NCBI RefSeq assembly: GCF_006345805.1 | Contig: NW_021833924.1 | Location: 1 to 64,000 of the forward strand | Length of the DNA: 64,000 bases | Source of the DNA: Octopus sinensis | Lineage: Eukaryota | Reading direction: 5' to 3' | Part shown: in pieces, positions 25,820 through 38,850 of the stretch | Layout of the letters: the number at the start of each line of letters is the position of its first letter | Numbering within the stretch: position 1 is the first letter of the stretch | Notes under the pieces: model-generated | Told to the model about the DNA's origin: nothing | Database searches by the model: none | What the model saw: only the letters and a program-made list of their open reading frames with translations | Translations under genes and position numbers: made by a program

Positions 25820-27200
25820 CGTTAAAAATTTGAAAGTGTTTATCTACAAGCGTAGTGACATTGGCGAAAATCCTTAAAACTACAAAATATTTATCAACTG
25901 TTTCATTAAATCTTTGAAAAGTCTTATCTAAAAAGACAGTTGGAGAAAATTCCTTATCAACTACAAAATAGTTTGAAAATATTTCATTAAGAATTACTAC
26001 AAACTGGTTTTTTTTTTTAAACATACTAAGATTGTAGAAGCTCACCATTATGAAACACTTCATTAAGACCTTCGTTACTGTATTTATTTCGAGATGCTCT
26101 GTGTTTCTTCCTATTATTTCAAATATAACAAAGAATTTAATAAAATAACATCGTTATCATTAAGTTAGAGTTAGGACCATAGATTGTGACTAAGATTTAG
26201 TGGAAGATTTGAATTCAAAACTTATGAAAACAAGACTAAAGAGCCAGAGCCTGTTTCAGCCAGGTTGGTAACGAAAGGGTCAAGACTTTGAAACTGTTAC
26301 CTACAAACAGAGATTCAAGTAAAACTCGTATCACAGTGAAGATTTTGGAAAATGTTTCATTAAGAATTGGAAACTAGTCATATATGAACATACATAATTA
26401 AAACAAACCCTTTCTGTTATGAAATATATGGGGAAATTTCATTTAGAATCCGAAACAGGCTGTGTATAAAAACGTAGTCAATTTGGAGAAAAAATGTCTT
26501 TTGAAAATGTGTGGAAAATATTTGATGAGAATTAGAAATAGATATTTATAAATATTGTTACACTAGATAAAAATAATTTTCAGTGTGAAATATTTGGAAG
26601 AATCTTTTAGAAAGAATTTGAAATTGGTTATTTACAAATATTGACATTGAAGAAATGCCTTAAATTTGTGAAATATGTAAGAAATACTTCAAGATTTTGG
26701 AAAATGTTTCATTAAGAATTGGAAACTGGTCATATATGAACATACATAATTAAAACAAACCCTTTCTGTTGTGAAATATATGGGGAAATTTCATTTAGAA
26801 TCCGAAACAGGCTGTGTTTAAAAACGTAGTCAATTTGGAGAAAAAATGTCTTCTTGTAAAATGTGTGGAAAATATTTGATTGAGAATTAGAAATAGATAT
26901 TTATAAATATTGTTACACTAGATAAAAATAATTTTCAGTGTGAAATATTTGGAAGAATCTTTTAGAAAGAATTTGAAATTGGTTATTTACAAATATTGAC
27001 ATTGAAGAAATGCCTTAAATTTGTGAAATGTGTGGAAAATATTTTCTTAAGACTTTGATATCGGTTATCTACATGTAAAGTAAGATTGAAGCAAAACCCT
27101 TCCGTATTGAAATATTTGGAAAACGGTTTATTGGAAATGTGATACTGGTTATCTACAAACCTAGTAAAATTGGAGCAAAGACTTTGGAACTAGCTGTCTA
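25820..27200 (+). repeat. Degenerate AT-rich minisatellite containing a 352-bp tandem duplication
   Basis: GATTTTGGAAAATGTTTCATTAAG at 26341 and 26693; the sub-repeat AAATATTTGGAAAA...GAATTTGAAA(C/T)TGGTTAT recurs. Confidence 0.75.
26064..26283 (+). mobile_element. Dispersed, diverged copy of the piggyBac-type MITE
   Basis: Homologous to the 54-58 kb array unit; ends GGTAACGAAAGGG. Confidence 0.8.
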
Positions 27201-27209
27201 CAAATAGGC

Positions 27210-27851
27210 CGACGGTGTCTTCGCATCACTCGCCAAGTCCTTTGTCAGCCGCTCTCCGGCTATCTACCTGCGGCCTCACCTGCAATTTGCATCACTCGTC
27301 TGCAACCCCTATCTTGCCCACCATATTAATCGTCTGCAAGCAAGCCCTGCAACCAAGAGAATAGCCTCCATCAGGCATTTGCCATATTCTCTAACGCCTT
27401 ACTTCTTCCCTGGCCATCGACACATTCAAACTCCGACGTCTGGCAGCTGACTTGGCAGACACCCTGACAATTATTAACCCTCTTACAAACAATAACTCTG
27501 ACCACCTTTTCAAACTCCACCCGTCTCACACCCGTCCACATGTTTACAAAGTCAGAAAACAGCAGCGCTCCTTCCATGGCTTTCCCAAACATTTTTCCAA
27601 GCTGAGACTTGCTGAAGCATGTAACAAACTGCCGGCATCAGTTGTTGGTTGTCGGATCACTGCATCCTTGAAAACTTCCATGCTTCCTGAGATTCTCCAA
27701 CACCACACCTGAGCTTTCTCCCCTCCATACACACAAGCAAGCATCTATTTGACTCATACACTGTTCACTCCCCAGGCAGATGCTTTATACGCAGTTTTTG
27801 ACAAGTTGTGGGGCACCTGAGCACTGTATACAATAATTTCATTATTATTAT
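27210..27851 (+). mobile_element. CR1/L2-type LINE 3' fragment (decayed ORF2 end plus 3' UTR)
   Basis: RPHLQFASLVCNPYL...LRRLAADLADT...HTRPHVYKVRKQ...RLAEACNKLPASVV resembles the CR1 ORF2 C-terminus; ends GAGCACTGTATACAAT(ATT)n. A matching tail fragment lies at ~45808-45905(-). Confidence 0.8.
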
Positions 27852-27950
27852 TGCTTTCAGACAGTTTTTCTAAATCAGTGACAGTGGTTGCTGTGAAAAA
27901 CATTATATATTATTTGCAGGGGGACTCCTTCATCGAAGACCGGTGCTTAC

Positions 27951-27995
27951 CATGCGTTGATGAGAGGCAATTACCTTGAAACTATAGTCCGTATG
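27951..27995 (+). ncRNA. Minimal type I hammerhead ribozyme motif (U3 core variant) inside a ~130-nt rod-like hairpin
   Basis: CATGCG-TTGATGA-GAGG-caatta-CCTT-GAAA-C-TATA-G-TC/CGTATG. Stem I extends through imperfect inverted flanks over 27910-28040. Confidence 0.8.
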
Positions 27996-28759
27996 TAGTA
28001 CTTAGGTCTTCGAGGGAGGATGACCTCCCTTTGCAAATAACACAAGGGCACTGAGATAGTGTCTAAAGTCCATCTGGTGACGTTGATCGCCTGGGGCTAA
28101 AAGCATCAGTAACACCCCACCCCCAGTGGCTAGCCACATTCAGATGGCTAGTACACCTTACGTTATTATTATATAGTTTGAAGAAAAAGCCTTGCATTTT
28201 GAAATATTTGGAAAATGTTTCTTCAAGAATTTGAAACTTGTCTTAAAAATCCACTCCTGCTGTGAAATATATTCTTTACTTTGCTTTCTTTACTTGTTTC
28301 AGTTGTTTGACTGTGGCCATACTGGAGCACCACCTTTAGTCGAGCAAATCGACCCCAGGATTTATTCTTTGTAAGCCTAGTACTTATTCTATAGGTTTCT
28401 TTTGCCGAACTGCTAAGTTAGAGGGACATAAACACACCAGCATTGGTTGTCAAGCGATGTTGGGGAGACAAACACAGACACACAAACATAAACACACACA
28501 CACACACACACACACACGACCTCTGGAGATATGCTGTGACTGCGAAGACCCGACAAATAACATGAGTTCGTGGCTGTTTCTTGCTCCAGCTCCACGTAGA
28601 GGCCCCAGTCCATCCAAAGTGCCTTGGATCACAGGACAGCCTGCTGTGCTTGAGGAGACCCATTGAGTCAAGTACTTCAACATCAAAATAAAAATCAAAT
28701 GGAAATTGTAGTTGTGACACCTGTGCCAGTGGCACGTAAAAAGCACCCACTACACTCAC

Positions 28760-29070
28760 GGAAGCGTCATCCAACCAAAATGCAAATATATGGGAAACTA
28801 CCACCTGTGTCATCTCTTGTGAAAGGTAGAAGAGTCCAGTTTGCTGGACATTGTTGTAGAACTTAAAACGAGGCAATTTCTACTCTTCTCCTCTAGAAGC
28901 CAGCTGCTCATGATACCAGAGGGCGCACACTCTCCTACGCTGATGTAATCTCCAGGGATACAGGCATCCAGCAACAGTACCTCCGTAATGCTATGACGAC
29001 TGTGAAGTCTGGCGTAGTATGGTAAATTCCATTGTCTCGACCACGGTCAAACAATGATGACAATGATGAT
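28760..29070 (+). mobile_element. RTE-clade LINE (second family) 3' fragment
   Basis: KRHPTKMQIYGKLPPVSSLVKGRRVQFAGHCCR; ends TCGACCACGGTCAAACAATGATG. Confidence 0.85.
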
Positions 29071-29375
29071 GTTAGGAAGGGCATCCAGCTGTAGAATCAG
29101 ACTGGAGCTTGGCGCAACCTCCTGGCTTCCCAGACCCCGGTCGAACTGTCCAACCCATGCTAGCATGGAAAACGGACATTAAACGATGATGATGATGATA
29201 TATACTATGGGCTTCGTTCAGTTTCCATCTACCAAATCCACTCACAAGGCTTTGGTTAGCCTGATGCTATAGTAGAAAACACTTACCCAAGGTGCCACAC
29301 AGTGGGACCGAACCTGTAACCATGTGGTTGGGAAGCAATCTACTTACCACACAGCCACTCCTGCATCTTTCACTC

Positions 29376-29414
<39 letters not shown>

Positions 29415-29539
29415 ATATATTATATATATATAATATATATATATAATACATACATATATATATGACAAGCTTCTTTCAGTTTTTCGTCTGCCAAATCCAC
29501 TCACAAGGCTTCGGTCGGCCCGAGGCTATAGTAGAAGAT

Positions 29540-29990
29540 TTGTTGATAACTAGTTTAAAATTCATAATGAGATATTTCCCATACATTTCACAAATTTAAA
29601 GTTTTTTAAAAATTTTATAAGGTTTGTAGATAACAAGTTTAAAATTCTTGAAGAAATATTCCTCGCAAATTTCACAAATTCAAGGAATTTCTCCAATGCC
29701 AATATTTGTAGATCCCCAGTTTTGAATCTTACTGAAAGACTGTACTAGATACTGCACAGTGATAAGGGTTTTTTTTTTCTCCAAACACGTTTATAGATAA
29801 CCAGCTTTAAGTTTATAATGAAAGATTTCCCAAATACTTCACACAGATAAGGACTCTTCTCTAGCATAACTATGTCTATAAATATCTAGTTTCTAATTCT
29901 TAGTCAAATATTTTCCACACATTTCACGATGGCAAGACTTTTTTTCTCCAAATTGACTATATTTGTAGACAACCAGTTTCAAATTCTGAA
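29540..29990 (-). repeat. Inverted-orientation block of the AT-rich degenerate minisatellite
   Basis: Reverse-complement similarity to 25820-27200 (e.g. TAGATAACCAGTTTCAAATTC motifs). Confidence 0.65.
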
Positions 29991-30167
29991 TAAAATTTTG
30001 CCTAGGTGCAGGAGTGGCTGTGTGGTAAGTAGATTGTTTACCAACCCCATGGTCCTGGGTTCAGTCCCACTGCGTGGCACCTTGGGCAAGTGTCTTCTAA
30101 TATAGCCTTGGGCCGACCGAAGCCTTGTGAGTGGATTTGGTAGACGGAAACTGAAAGAAGCCTGTCG

Positions 30168-30199
<32 letters not shown>

Positions 30200-30510
30200 G
30201 CCGAAGCCAGTGCCGCCTTGACTGGCTCCCATAAAATGCACCAATCCGACCGTGGCCGATGCCAGCCTCGCCTGGCACCAGTGCAGGTGGCACGTAAAAA
30301 GCACCCACTACACTTACGGAGTTGTTGGCGTTAGGAAGGGCATCCAGTTGTAGAAACTTTGCCAGATAAGACCGGAGCCTGGTGCAGCCTTCTGGCTTCC
30401 CAGATCCCCGGTTGTACCGTCCAACCCATGCTAGCATGGATGGTACTAAAGTTAGATGCACCAGAATTTTGTATGGTGTTATCTATATAAATCCATGAAG
30501 TGACTATAAT

Positions 30511-30708
30511 CAAAATAAGCAACAAGAATATCTTCAGTAATTTGGTACGATCGTTTCACGCTACATCATTTTATTAAACATTGTAAGTATTACAAGTTTT
30601 AAAATGTTGAGCAATCATCAGCCATTTATAGAGGTTTCCCATTAATAAAATGATGTAGCGTGAAACGATCGTACCAAATTACCGAAGATATTCTTGTTGC
30701 TTATTTTG
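30511..30708. repeat. Fold-back palindrome, ~67-bp arms; same family as the 24.74-24.86 kb segment
   Basis: CAAAATAAGCAACAAGAATATCTTC...TTTATTAA versus its reverse complement at 30642-30708. Confidence 0.9.
30543..30624 (-). ncRNA. Type I hammerhead motif with extended (~57-nt) stem II and weak stem I
   Basis: Minus strand TGG-CTGATGA-[57 nt]-GAAA-C-GATC-G-TA/CCA; homolog of the 24.8-kb motif. Confidence 0.65.
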
Positions 30709-30715
30709 GATATAT

Positions 30716-30751
<36 letters not shown>

Positions 30752-31116
30752 TGTGTGTCTGTGTTTGTCCCCACCAACATCGCTTGACAACTGATGCTGG
30801 TGTGTTTACGTCCCTGTAACTTAGCGGTTCAGCAAAAGAGACCGATAGAATAAAGTACTAGGCTTACAAAGAATAAGTCCTGGGGGCGCGATTTGCTCGA
30901 CTAAACGCGGTGCTCCAGCATGGCCGCGGTCAAGTGACTGAAACAAGTAAAAGAGTAATCAATCATGGATTATCTCATAGCTTCGAATGACATTGAAGGG
31001 TTGGTACAAGGGACCAGACCTGGCCATTTTAAATCCTAAAAGGATATATTTATATTAAGGTATATATGTTCTTGATAAACTCCAGAAGTTGCTTTTTCTC
31101 CACTCACCAAAGTGAA

Positions 31117-31563
31117 TGTGGAGGCACGTGGCGTAGTGGTTATAGAGTGTCAGCATCATGATCGTAAAATTGTGGTTTCGATTCCTAGACCGGGCGACGC
31201 GTTGTGTTCTTGAGCAAAACACACACATCGCCCAGTCTGAGATTCGAACCCGCAATTCCTCGACCATGAGCTCACTGCTCTAACCACTAGGCCATGTGCC
31301 TCCACTAATAATAAATGCACCCTTTTAAAGCCTAGCCAGGCTCATGGGCCTGGTTTCATGGTTTCTATGGCGTATGTGTTCCCCAGCTGGACGGGACACC
31401 AGTCCATCGCAGCGTTACTCATTTTTGCCAGCTGAGTGGACTGGAGCAACGTGAAATGAAGTGTCTTGCTCAAGAACACAACACGTCGCCCGGTCCAGGA
31501 ATCGAAACCACAATCTTACGATCATGATGCTGACACTCTAACCACTGAGCCACGCACCTCCAC
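31117..31563. mobile_element. Cluster of S4 and S5 SINE fragments in both orientations
   Basis: S4 head on + at 31117-31225, S5 head on - at ~31230-31300, S4 on - at 31312-31563. Confidence 0.7.
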
Positions 31564-31599
31564 AGTCACAGCTTTCTCTCACTCTTTCTCCTGCATCTT

Positions 31600-32197
31600 G
31601 TGGAGGAACATGGCCTAGTGGTTAGAGCAGCGGACTCGCGTCGAGAGATCGCAGGTTCGAATCTCAGACCGGGTAATGTGTGTGTTTATGAGTGAAAACA
31701 CCTAAGCTCCATGCGGTTCTGACAGAAGGTAATGGTGAACTTCTGCTGACTCTTTTGCCACAACTTTCTCTCACTCTCTCACTCTTTCCTCTTGCATCTT
31801 GCAGCTCACCTGTGATGGACCGGCGTCCCGTCCAGGTGGGGAACCTATACGCCAAGAAACCGGGAAACCGGCCCTTATGAGCCCGAGTTGGCTTTAAAAG
31901 GGTGCATTTATTTGTGGAGGCACATGGCCTAGTGGTTAGAGAAGCGGACTTGCGGTCAAGGGATCGCAGGTTCGAATCTCAGACCGGGTGTTGTGTGTGT
32001 TTATGAGCGAAACACCTAAGCCCCATGTGGCTCCGGCAGAAGGTAATGGCGAACTTCTGCTGACTCTTTCGCCACAACTTTCTCTCACTCTTTCCTCCTG
32101 CATCTTGCAGCTCACCTGTGACGGACCGGCGTCCCATCCAGGTGGGGAACCTATACGCCAAGAAACCAGGAAACCGGCCCTTATGAGCCAGGCATGG
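31600..32197 (+). mobile_element. Two tandem copies of tRNA-derived SINE family S5
   Basis: GGCACATGGCCTAGTGGTTAGAG...GGTTCGAATCTCAG heads at ~31600 and ~31914. The tail of the second copy is interrupted by the RTE and resumes as GGCTCGAGAAGGAACAA at ~33575. Confidence 0.8.
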
Positions 32198-32199
32198 AA

Positions 32200-33575
32200 A
32201 AGATTTTCTAACTAGAAAGGGTATGGCCTGGTCAGCCTGTAATAACATGCATAAGATCTGGTCATCAAATCTAAGTAGAGACTTCAAACTTGAAATCTTC
32301 AAAGCCACAGTCAAACCAATTCTACTATATGGCTCAGAAACCTGGACATTATCAAAGAAGCTTGAGAGGCAGTTGGATGGAACCTACACTCGCCTCCTTA
32401 TGAGAGCTCAAAATCTCTCATAAAAGCGTCATCCAACCAAAGTACAAATATATGGGAAACTACCACCTATATCATCTCTTGTGAAAGGTAGAAGAGTCCA
32501 GTTTGCTGGACATTGTTGTAGAGCTGAAAACAAGGTAATTTCTACTCTTCTCCTCTGGAAGCCATCTACTTGCAATACCAGAGGGCACACACTCTCCTAC
32601 CCTCATGTAATCTCCAGGGATACAGGTATCAAGCAACAGGACCTCCGTAATGCCATGATGGACCGTGAAGTCTGGCGTAGCATGGTAAATTCCATTGTCT
32701 CGACCACGGTTGTGATACCAGAGGGCGCACGCTCTCCTACCCTGATGTAATATCCAGGGATATAGGCATCCAGCAACAGGACCTCCATAATGCCATGATG
32801 GACCATGAAGTCTGGTGTAGCATGGTAAATTCCATATTCTCGACCACGGTCGCGATACCAGAGGGTGCACACTCTCCTACCCTGATCTAATCTCCAGGGA
32901 TACAGGCATCCAGCAACAGGACCTCCGTAATGCTATGATGGACCATGAAGTCTGTGTAGCATGGTAAATTAAATTCCATTCTCTCGACACGGTCGCGATA
33001 CCAGAGGGTGCACACTCTCCTACCCTGATCTAATCTCCAGGGATAACGGCATCCAGCAACAGGACCTCCGTAATGCTATGATGGACCATGAAGTCTGGTG
33101 TAGCATGGTAAATTCCATATTCTCGACCACGGTCGCGATACCAGAGGGTGCACACTCTCCTACCCTGATCTAATCTCCAGGGATACAGGCATCCAGCAAC
33201 AGGACCTCCGTAATGCTATGATGGACCATGAAGTCTGGTGTAGCATGGTAAATTCCATATTCTCGACCACGGTCGCGATACCAGAGGGTGCACACTCTCC
33301 TACCCTGATCTAATCTCCAGGGATACAGGCATCCAGCAACAGGACCTCCGTAATGCTATGATGGACCATGAAGTCTGGTGTAGCATGGTAAATTCCATAT
33401 TCTCGACCACGGTCGCGATACCAGAGGGTGCACACTCTCCTACCCTGATCTAATCTCCAGGGATACAGGCATCCAGCAACAGGACCTCCGTAATGCCATG
33501 ATGGACCGTGAAGTCTGGCGTAGCATGGTAAATTCCATTGTTTCGACCTCAGTGGAACAATGATGATGATGATGG
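32200..33575 (+). mobile_element. RTE-clade LINE 3' fragment with tandemly repeated 3' end
   Basis: ...KATVKPILLYGSETWTLSKKLERQLDGTYTRLLMRA (RTE LLYGSETW motif); ends with an (ATG)n tail. Confidence 0.88.
32573..33575 (+). repeat. 140-bp tandem repeat x7 made of the RTE 3' terminus
   Basis: GATACCAGAGGG at 32714, 32854, 32997, 33137, 33277 and 33417, plus the original copy at ~32574. Confidence 0.92.
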
Positions 33576-33883
33576 CTCGAGAAGGAACAAAGTGAATGGA
33601 ACTTTGTCCAAGCGGAACCGATGTCATCAGACCGTATCCAATTATAACCAGGTGTTTCAACTCTGGACCGTAACACCTTCCCACTAGCATTTGGATTTCT
33701 CTCTCAAATCTAATCCTTCTTTATTTGCATTGTTTTCAATTAACCACGGATTATCTCATAGCTTTGGGATTTCAATATTTTTCAGAATGACATTGTAGGG
33801 TAGGTGTGAAAGGCTGGATCTGGTCAGTGTGAACACAAACTAGGTAGAGCATTTGGTCCATATATGACCAATTATGACCAATA

Positions 33884-34312
33884 GGCGCAGGAGTGGCTGT
33901 GTGGTAAGTAGCTTGCTAACCAACCACATGGTTCCGGGTTCAGTCCCACTGCCTGGCATCTTGGGCAAGTGTCTTCTGCTATAGCCCTGGGCCGACCAAT
34001 GCCTTGTGAGTGGATTTGGTAGACGGAAACTGAAAGAAGCCCGTCGTATATATGTATATAAACGATGATGATAATGATGATATATATATATATATGTGTG
34101 TGTGTGTATCTGTGTTTGTCCCCCTAGCATTGCTTGGCAACCGATGCTGGTGTGTTTACGTCCCCGTCACTTAGCGGTTCGGCAAAAGAGACCGATAGAA
34201 TAAGTACTGGGCTTACAAATAATAAGTCCCGGGGTCGATTTGATCGACTAAAGGCGGTGCTCCAGCATGGCCGCAGTCAAATGACTGAAACAAGTAAAAG
34301 AGTAGAAGAGTA
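33884..34312 (+). mobile_element. S1 SINE, full length
   Basis: GGCGCAGGAGTGGCTGTGTGG head through the AAAAGAGTAGAAGAGTA tail. Confidence 0.88.
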
Positions 34313-34689
34313 ATTTAAATGTTAAAGCATTAAGACAACATCATGGAATTCAGGGGAGGTTTAACTGTTATTTCTAGCATGGTAGGGTCATTCCTTTCCT
34401 TTGAGCATTTACTTCACTCTGTCGACTGTAATCCTTATCTAATCAAATTGTTTTGAATTAATCCTGGATTATCTCATAGTTTTGGGGGTTTCAATGATGG
34501 GATTCGTTATTTTTAGGAGGACATTGTAGGGTAGGTGTAAGAGGAGTGATCAAACCAGTTTGAACGTATTAAAGCCGAAGCTGGTCAGGACTTTGTTCTG
34601 ACCAATATTGCCCTACGGATGGGAAAATGGGAAAGTATTCATCATCATCATCACCACCACCACCTTGTGAGTGGAAACTGAACGAAGCC

Positions 34690-34692
34690 CAT

Positions 34693-34735
<43 letters not shown>

Positions 34736-34851
34736 ATATATATATACATATATATATATAATATATACATATATATATATATATACATATATATACATAT
34801 ATATGTAAATATATATATATATATATTGTGTGTGTGTGTGTGTATATATAC

Positions 34852-34882
<31 letters not shown>

Positions 34883-35050
34883 CATATATATGCATATATG
34901 TATATACATTTATATATAGCATATATATACATATATATATGCATATATATATACATATATACATATATATATATGCATATATGTATATATATACATATCT
35001 CATATATATATATATATATATATATATTACATATATATATATATATATGT
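34690..35050. repeat. (TA)n/(TATG)n microsatellite
   Basis: Seen directly in the sequence. Confidence 0.9.
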
Positions 35051-35289
35051 ATGTTGTATTAGTGTGTCTGTGTTTGTCCCCCAACATCGCTTGACAACTG
35101 ATGTTGGTGTGTTCATATCCCTCTAACTCAGTGGTTCGGCAAAAAGAGACCGATAGAATAAGTACTGGGCTTACAAAGAATAAGTCCCGGGGTCAATTTG
35201 TTCGACTAAAGGCGGTGCTCCAGCAAGGCCACAGTCAAATGACTGAAACAAATAAAAGAATAAAAGAATATATACACACACACACACAT

Positions 35290-35379
35290 ATATATATATA
35301 ATGATAAGCATATTAAAAGGGGTCTGTGGGAATGAACTCATTTAAATAAAAGGGGTCCTCAGTAGGTTGAGAACCACTG
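35290..35379 (-). mobile_element. Single hAT-type terminus (CAGTGGTTCTCAACC)
   Basis: GGTTGAGAACCACTG at 35365-35379 resembles common hAT MITE ends; partner end not found. Confidence 0.4.
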
Positions 35380-35499
35380 TTTCATATTTTTGTAGGGGAC
35401 AAATTTATTATTCTTAAACAAGAATACTGTTGATAGTAACTTCGAAGTTTTGGCTAGCTAAGCCATCATCAAACACACATACACACATATATATATATA

Positions 35500-36140
35500 T
35501 ACGATGGGCTTCTTTCAGTTTCTACTATTACAACTACTACTACTACTAACACCACCACCACCGTCACTACTACTACTACTACTACTACTATCACTACAAA
35601 TCCACTCACAAGGCTTTGGTTGGGCTCTCTCTTTTACTCTTTACTCTTTTACTTGTTTCAGTCATTTTGACTGCGGCCATGCTGGAGCACCGCCTTTAGT
35701 CGAGCGAATCGACCCCGGGACTTATTCTTTGTAAGCCCAGTACTTATTCTATCGGTCTCTTTTGCCGAACCGCTAGGTGACGGGGACGTAACACACACCA
35801 GCATCGTTGTCAAGCAATGCTAGGGACAAACACAGACACAAACAAACACACACCACACACACACACACATATATATATACATATATATTATATATATAAC
35901 GAGAGGCTTCTTTCAGTTTCTGTCTACCAAATCCACTCACAAGACATTGGTCGGCCCGGGGGCTATAGCAGAAGACACTTGCCCAAGATGCCATGCAGTG
36001 GGACTGAACCCGGAACCATGTGGTTGGTAAACAAGCTACTTACCACACAGCCACTCCTGCGCCTGTGCAAGGTGCCACGCAGTGGGACTGAACCCAGAAC
36101 CATGTGGTTGGTAAACAAGCTACTTACCACACACCCATGA
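35500..36140 (-). mobile_element. S1 SINE copies and fragments
   Basis: Full S1 at ~35630-36063 plus a partially duplicated head. Confidence 0.8.
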
Positions 36141-37108
36141 TTGCACCTATATATACGTTATATATATGTGTGTGTGTTTGTGTGTGTATGTATATATATT
36201 TGTGTGTATATATATATACGTATATATATATGTATATAAATATATGTATATATATATGTGTATATATATGTGTGTGTGTGTATATATATATGTATATATT
36301 TGCGTGTATATGTATATATATGTGTGTGTGTCTGTATGTGTGTATATGTGTGTCTGTCTCTCTCTCTCTATATGTGTGTGTGTGTGTATATATATATGTA
36401 TATATGTGTGTATATATATGTGTGTGTGTGTATATATATGTTTATATATGTTCTGTGTATATATATGTATATATGTGTATATATATATGTGTGTGTGTTT
36501 GTCTCTTTCTCTCTATATGTGTGTGTGTGTATATATATAGTAATTATGTGTGTTTCTATATATATGTGTGTGTGTATATATATGTGTTTATATATGTTTC
36601 TGTGTATATATATGTATATATGTGTATATATATATGTGTGTGTGTCTGTCTCTTTCTCTCTATATGTGTGTGTGTGTATATATATATGTATATATGTGTG
36701 TTTCTATATATATGTGTGTGTGTGTATATATATGTGTTTATATATGTGTCTGTGTATATATATGTATATATGTGTATATATATATGTGTGTGTGTCTGTC
36801 TCTTTCTCTCTACATGTGTGTGTGTGATATATATGTGTTTATATATGTGTCTGTGTATATATATGTATATATGTGTATATATATATATGTGTGTGTGGTG
36901 TATATGTATATGTGTGTATAGATATGTGTGTGTGTGTGTCTATATATATATATATGTATGTATGTGTGTTGTGTGTATATATGTGTGTGTGTGTGTGGTG
37001 TATATATGTGTATTTATGTGGTGTATTTGTATGTGTGTGCATATATGTATGTATTGTTGGTATTATATATTTATGTATGCATATATATGTAGTAGTGACG
37101 TACACATA

Positions 37109-37159
<51 letters not shown>

Positions 37160-37889
37160 ATATATATATGTATGTATATATATATTATATATATATTATA
37201 TGTATTATCACTATATCATGCTAGCAGCCGCATGTAGCAATAGAAATAGTAAAATTACTATTATTATTATCATTATTATTATTATTATTATTAGTAGTAG
37301 TAGTAGTCGGCATCAAGACCCTCATAAAGCCGTAGTCTCTTCATCTCTCTCTCTCTCCTCTCTCTCTCGTATTTATTCTCCCTCTTACTGCTGCCGACCA
37401 AGCAACCACCTGCATTGCAATTGCTGCCACCACCACCACCACAACCACCGCTACTACTACCATTATTGTTACTACTAGCACCTGCACGGCAATTACTATC
37501 AATACTACCACCTGCACTTTAATCACTACTACTACTACTACTACTACTACCATCACTACTATTACTACTACTAGTACTACTACTGCTGCTGCTACCACTA
37601 CTACCACTACCACCACCATCACTACTACTACTATCATCACTACTACTAAAACCACTACAACTACCACCACCACCATCACTACTACTATCATCAGTACTAC
37701 TACTACCACTACTACCACCACCATCACTACTACTACTACTACTACTACTACAATCACTACTACTACTATCATCACTACTATTACAACTACAACTACCACT
37801 ACCACCATCACTACTACTACTATTACTACTACTACCACCACTACCTCCACCATCACTACTATTACTACTACTACTACTACTACTACCAT

Positions 37890-37933
<44 letters not shown>

Positions 37934-38381
37934 ACCATTACTACTACTACTACTACTACTACTACTACCATTACTACTACTACTACTACTACCGTCACCA
38001 TCTGTTTTAGAAGCCGACGAAGGAAAGTCGGCATAATAGAAAAAGAAATAGCAGGCCAATCCGCCCTCAAATCACGCGAAAGGAAGGACACTTCGGATGG
38101 TTCTGGTCCTTCGAGAGAGAGAGAGAGAGAAAAAAAAGGAGAAACAGATGGGATGGTCACACTTGGAAATACCCGTGTTCCGACGAAGGCTTGCTCGATC
38201 AGCTCAGCTGAGCTGGGACTGAAACGTCTACCACCACCACCACCACCACCACCACTGCTTGCGTTACTATACTACCACTACTTCTACTACTACTACTACT
38301 ATCATCAGTACTACTACTACTACCACTACCACCACCATCACTACTACTACTAGTACTACTACCACCACCACCACTACAACA

Positions 38382-38417
<36 letters not shown>

Positions 38418-38455
38418 GCTACTACTACTACTACCACTACTACTACTACTATTGC

Positions 38456-38488
<33 letters not shown>

Positions 38489-38535
38489 TACAATTACTAC
38501 TGCTACTACTACTACAACCACTACTACTACTATTG

Positions 38536-38566
<31 letters not shown>

Positions 38567-38599
38567 CACTACTACTACTACTACAACCACTACAATTAC

Positions 38600-38638
<39 letters not shown>

Positions 38639-38692
38639 AATTACTACTACTACTACTACTACTACTATCACCACCACCACCACCACTACAAT

Positions 38693-38743
<51 letters not shown>

Positions 38744-38803
38744 CACCACTACAATTACTACTACTACTACTACTACTATCACCACCACCACCACCACTAC
38801 AAT

Positions 38804-38840
<37 letters not shown>

Positions 38841-38850
38841 GCTGCTGCTG
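36140..38850. repeat. (TA/TG)n field followed by long (ACT/ACC)n trinucleotide arrays
   Basis: Seen directly; a dispersed repeat fragment interrupts at ~38000-38230. Confidence 0.9.
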
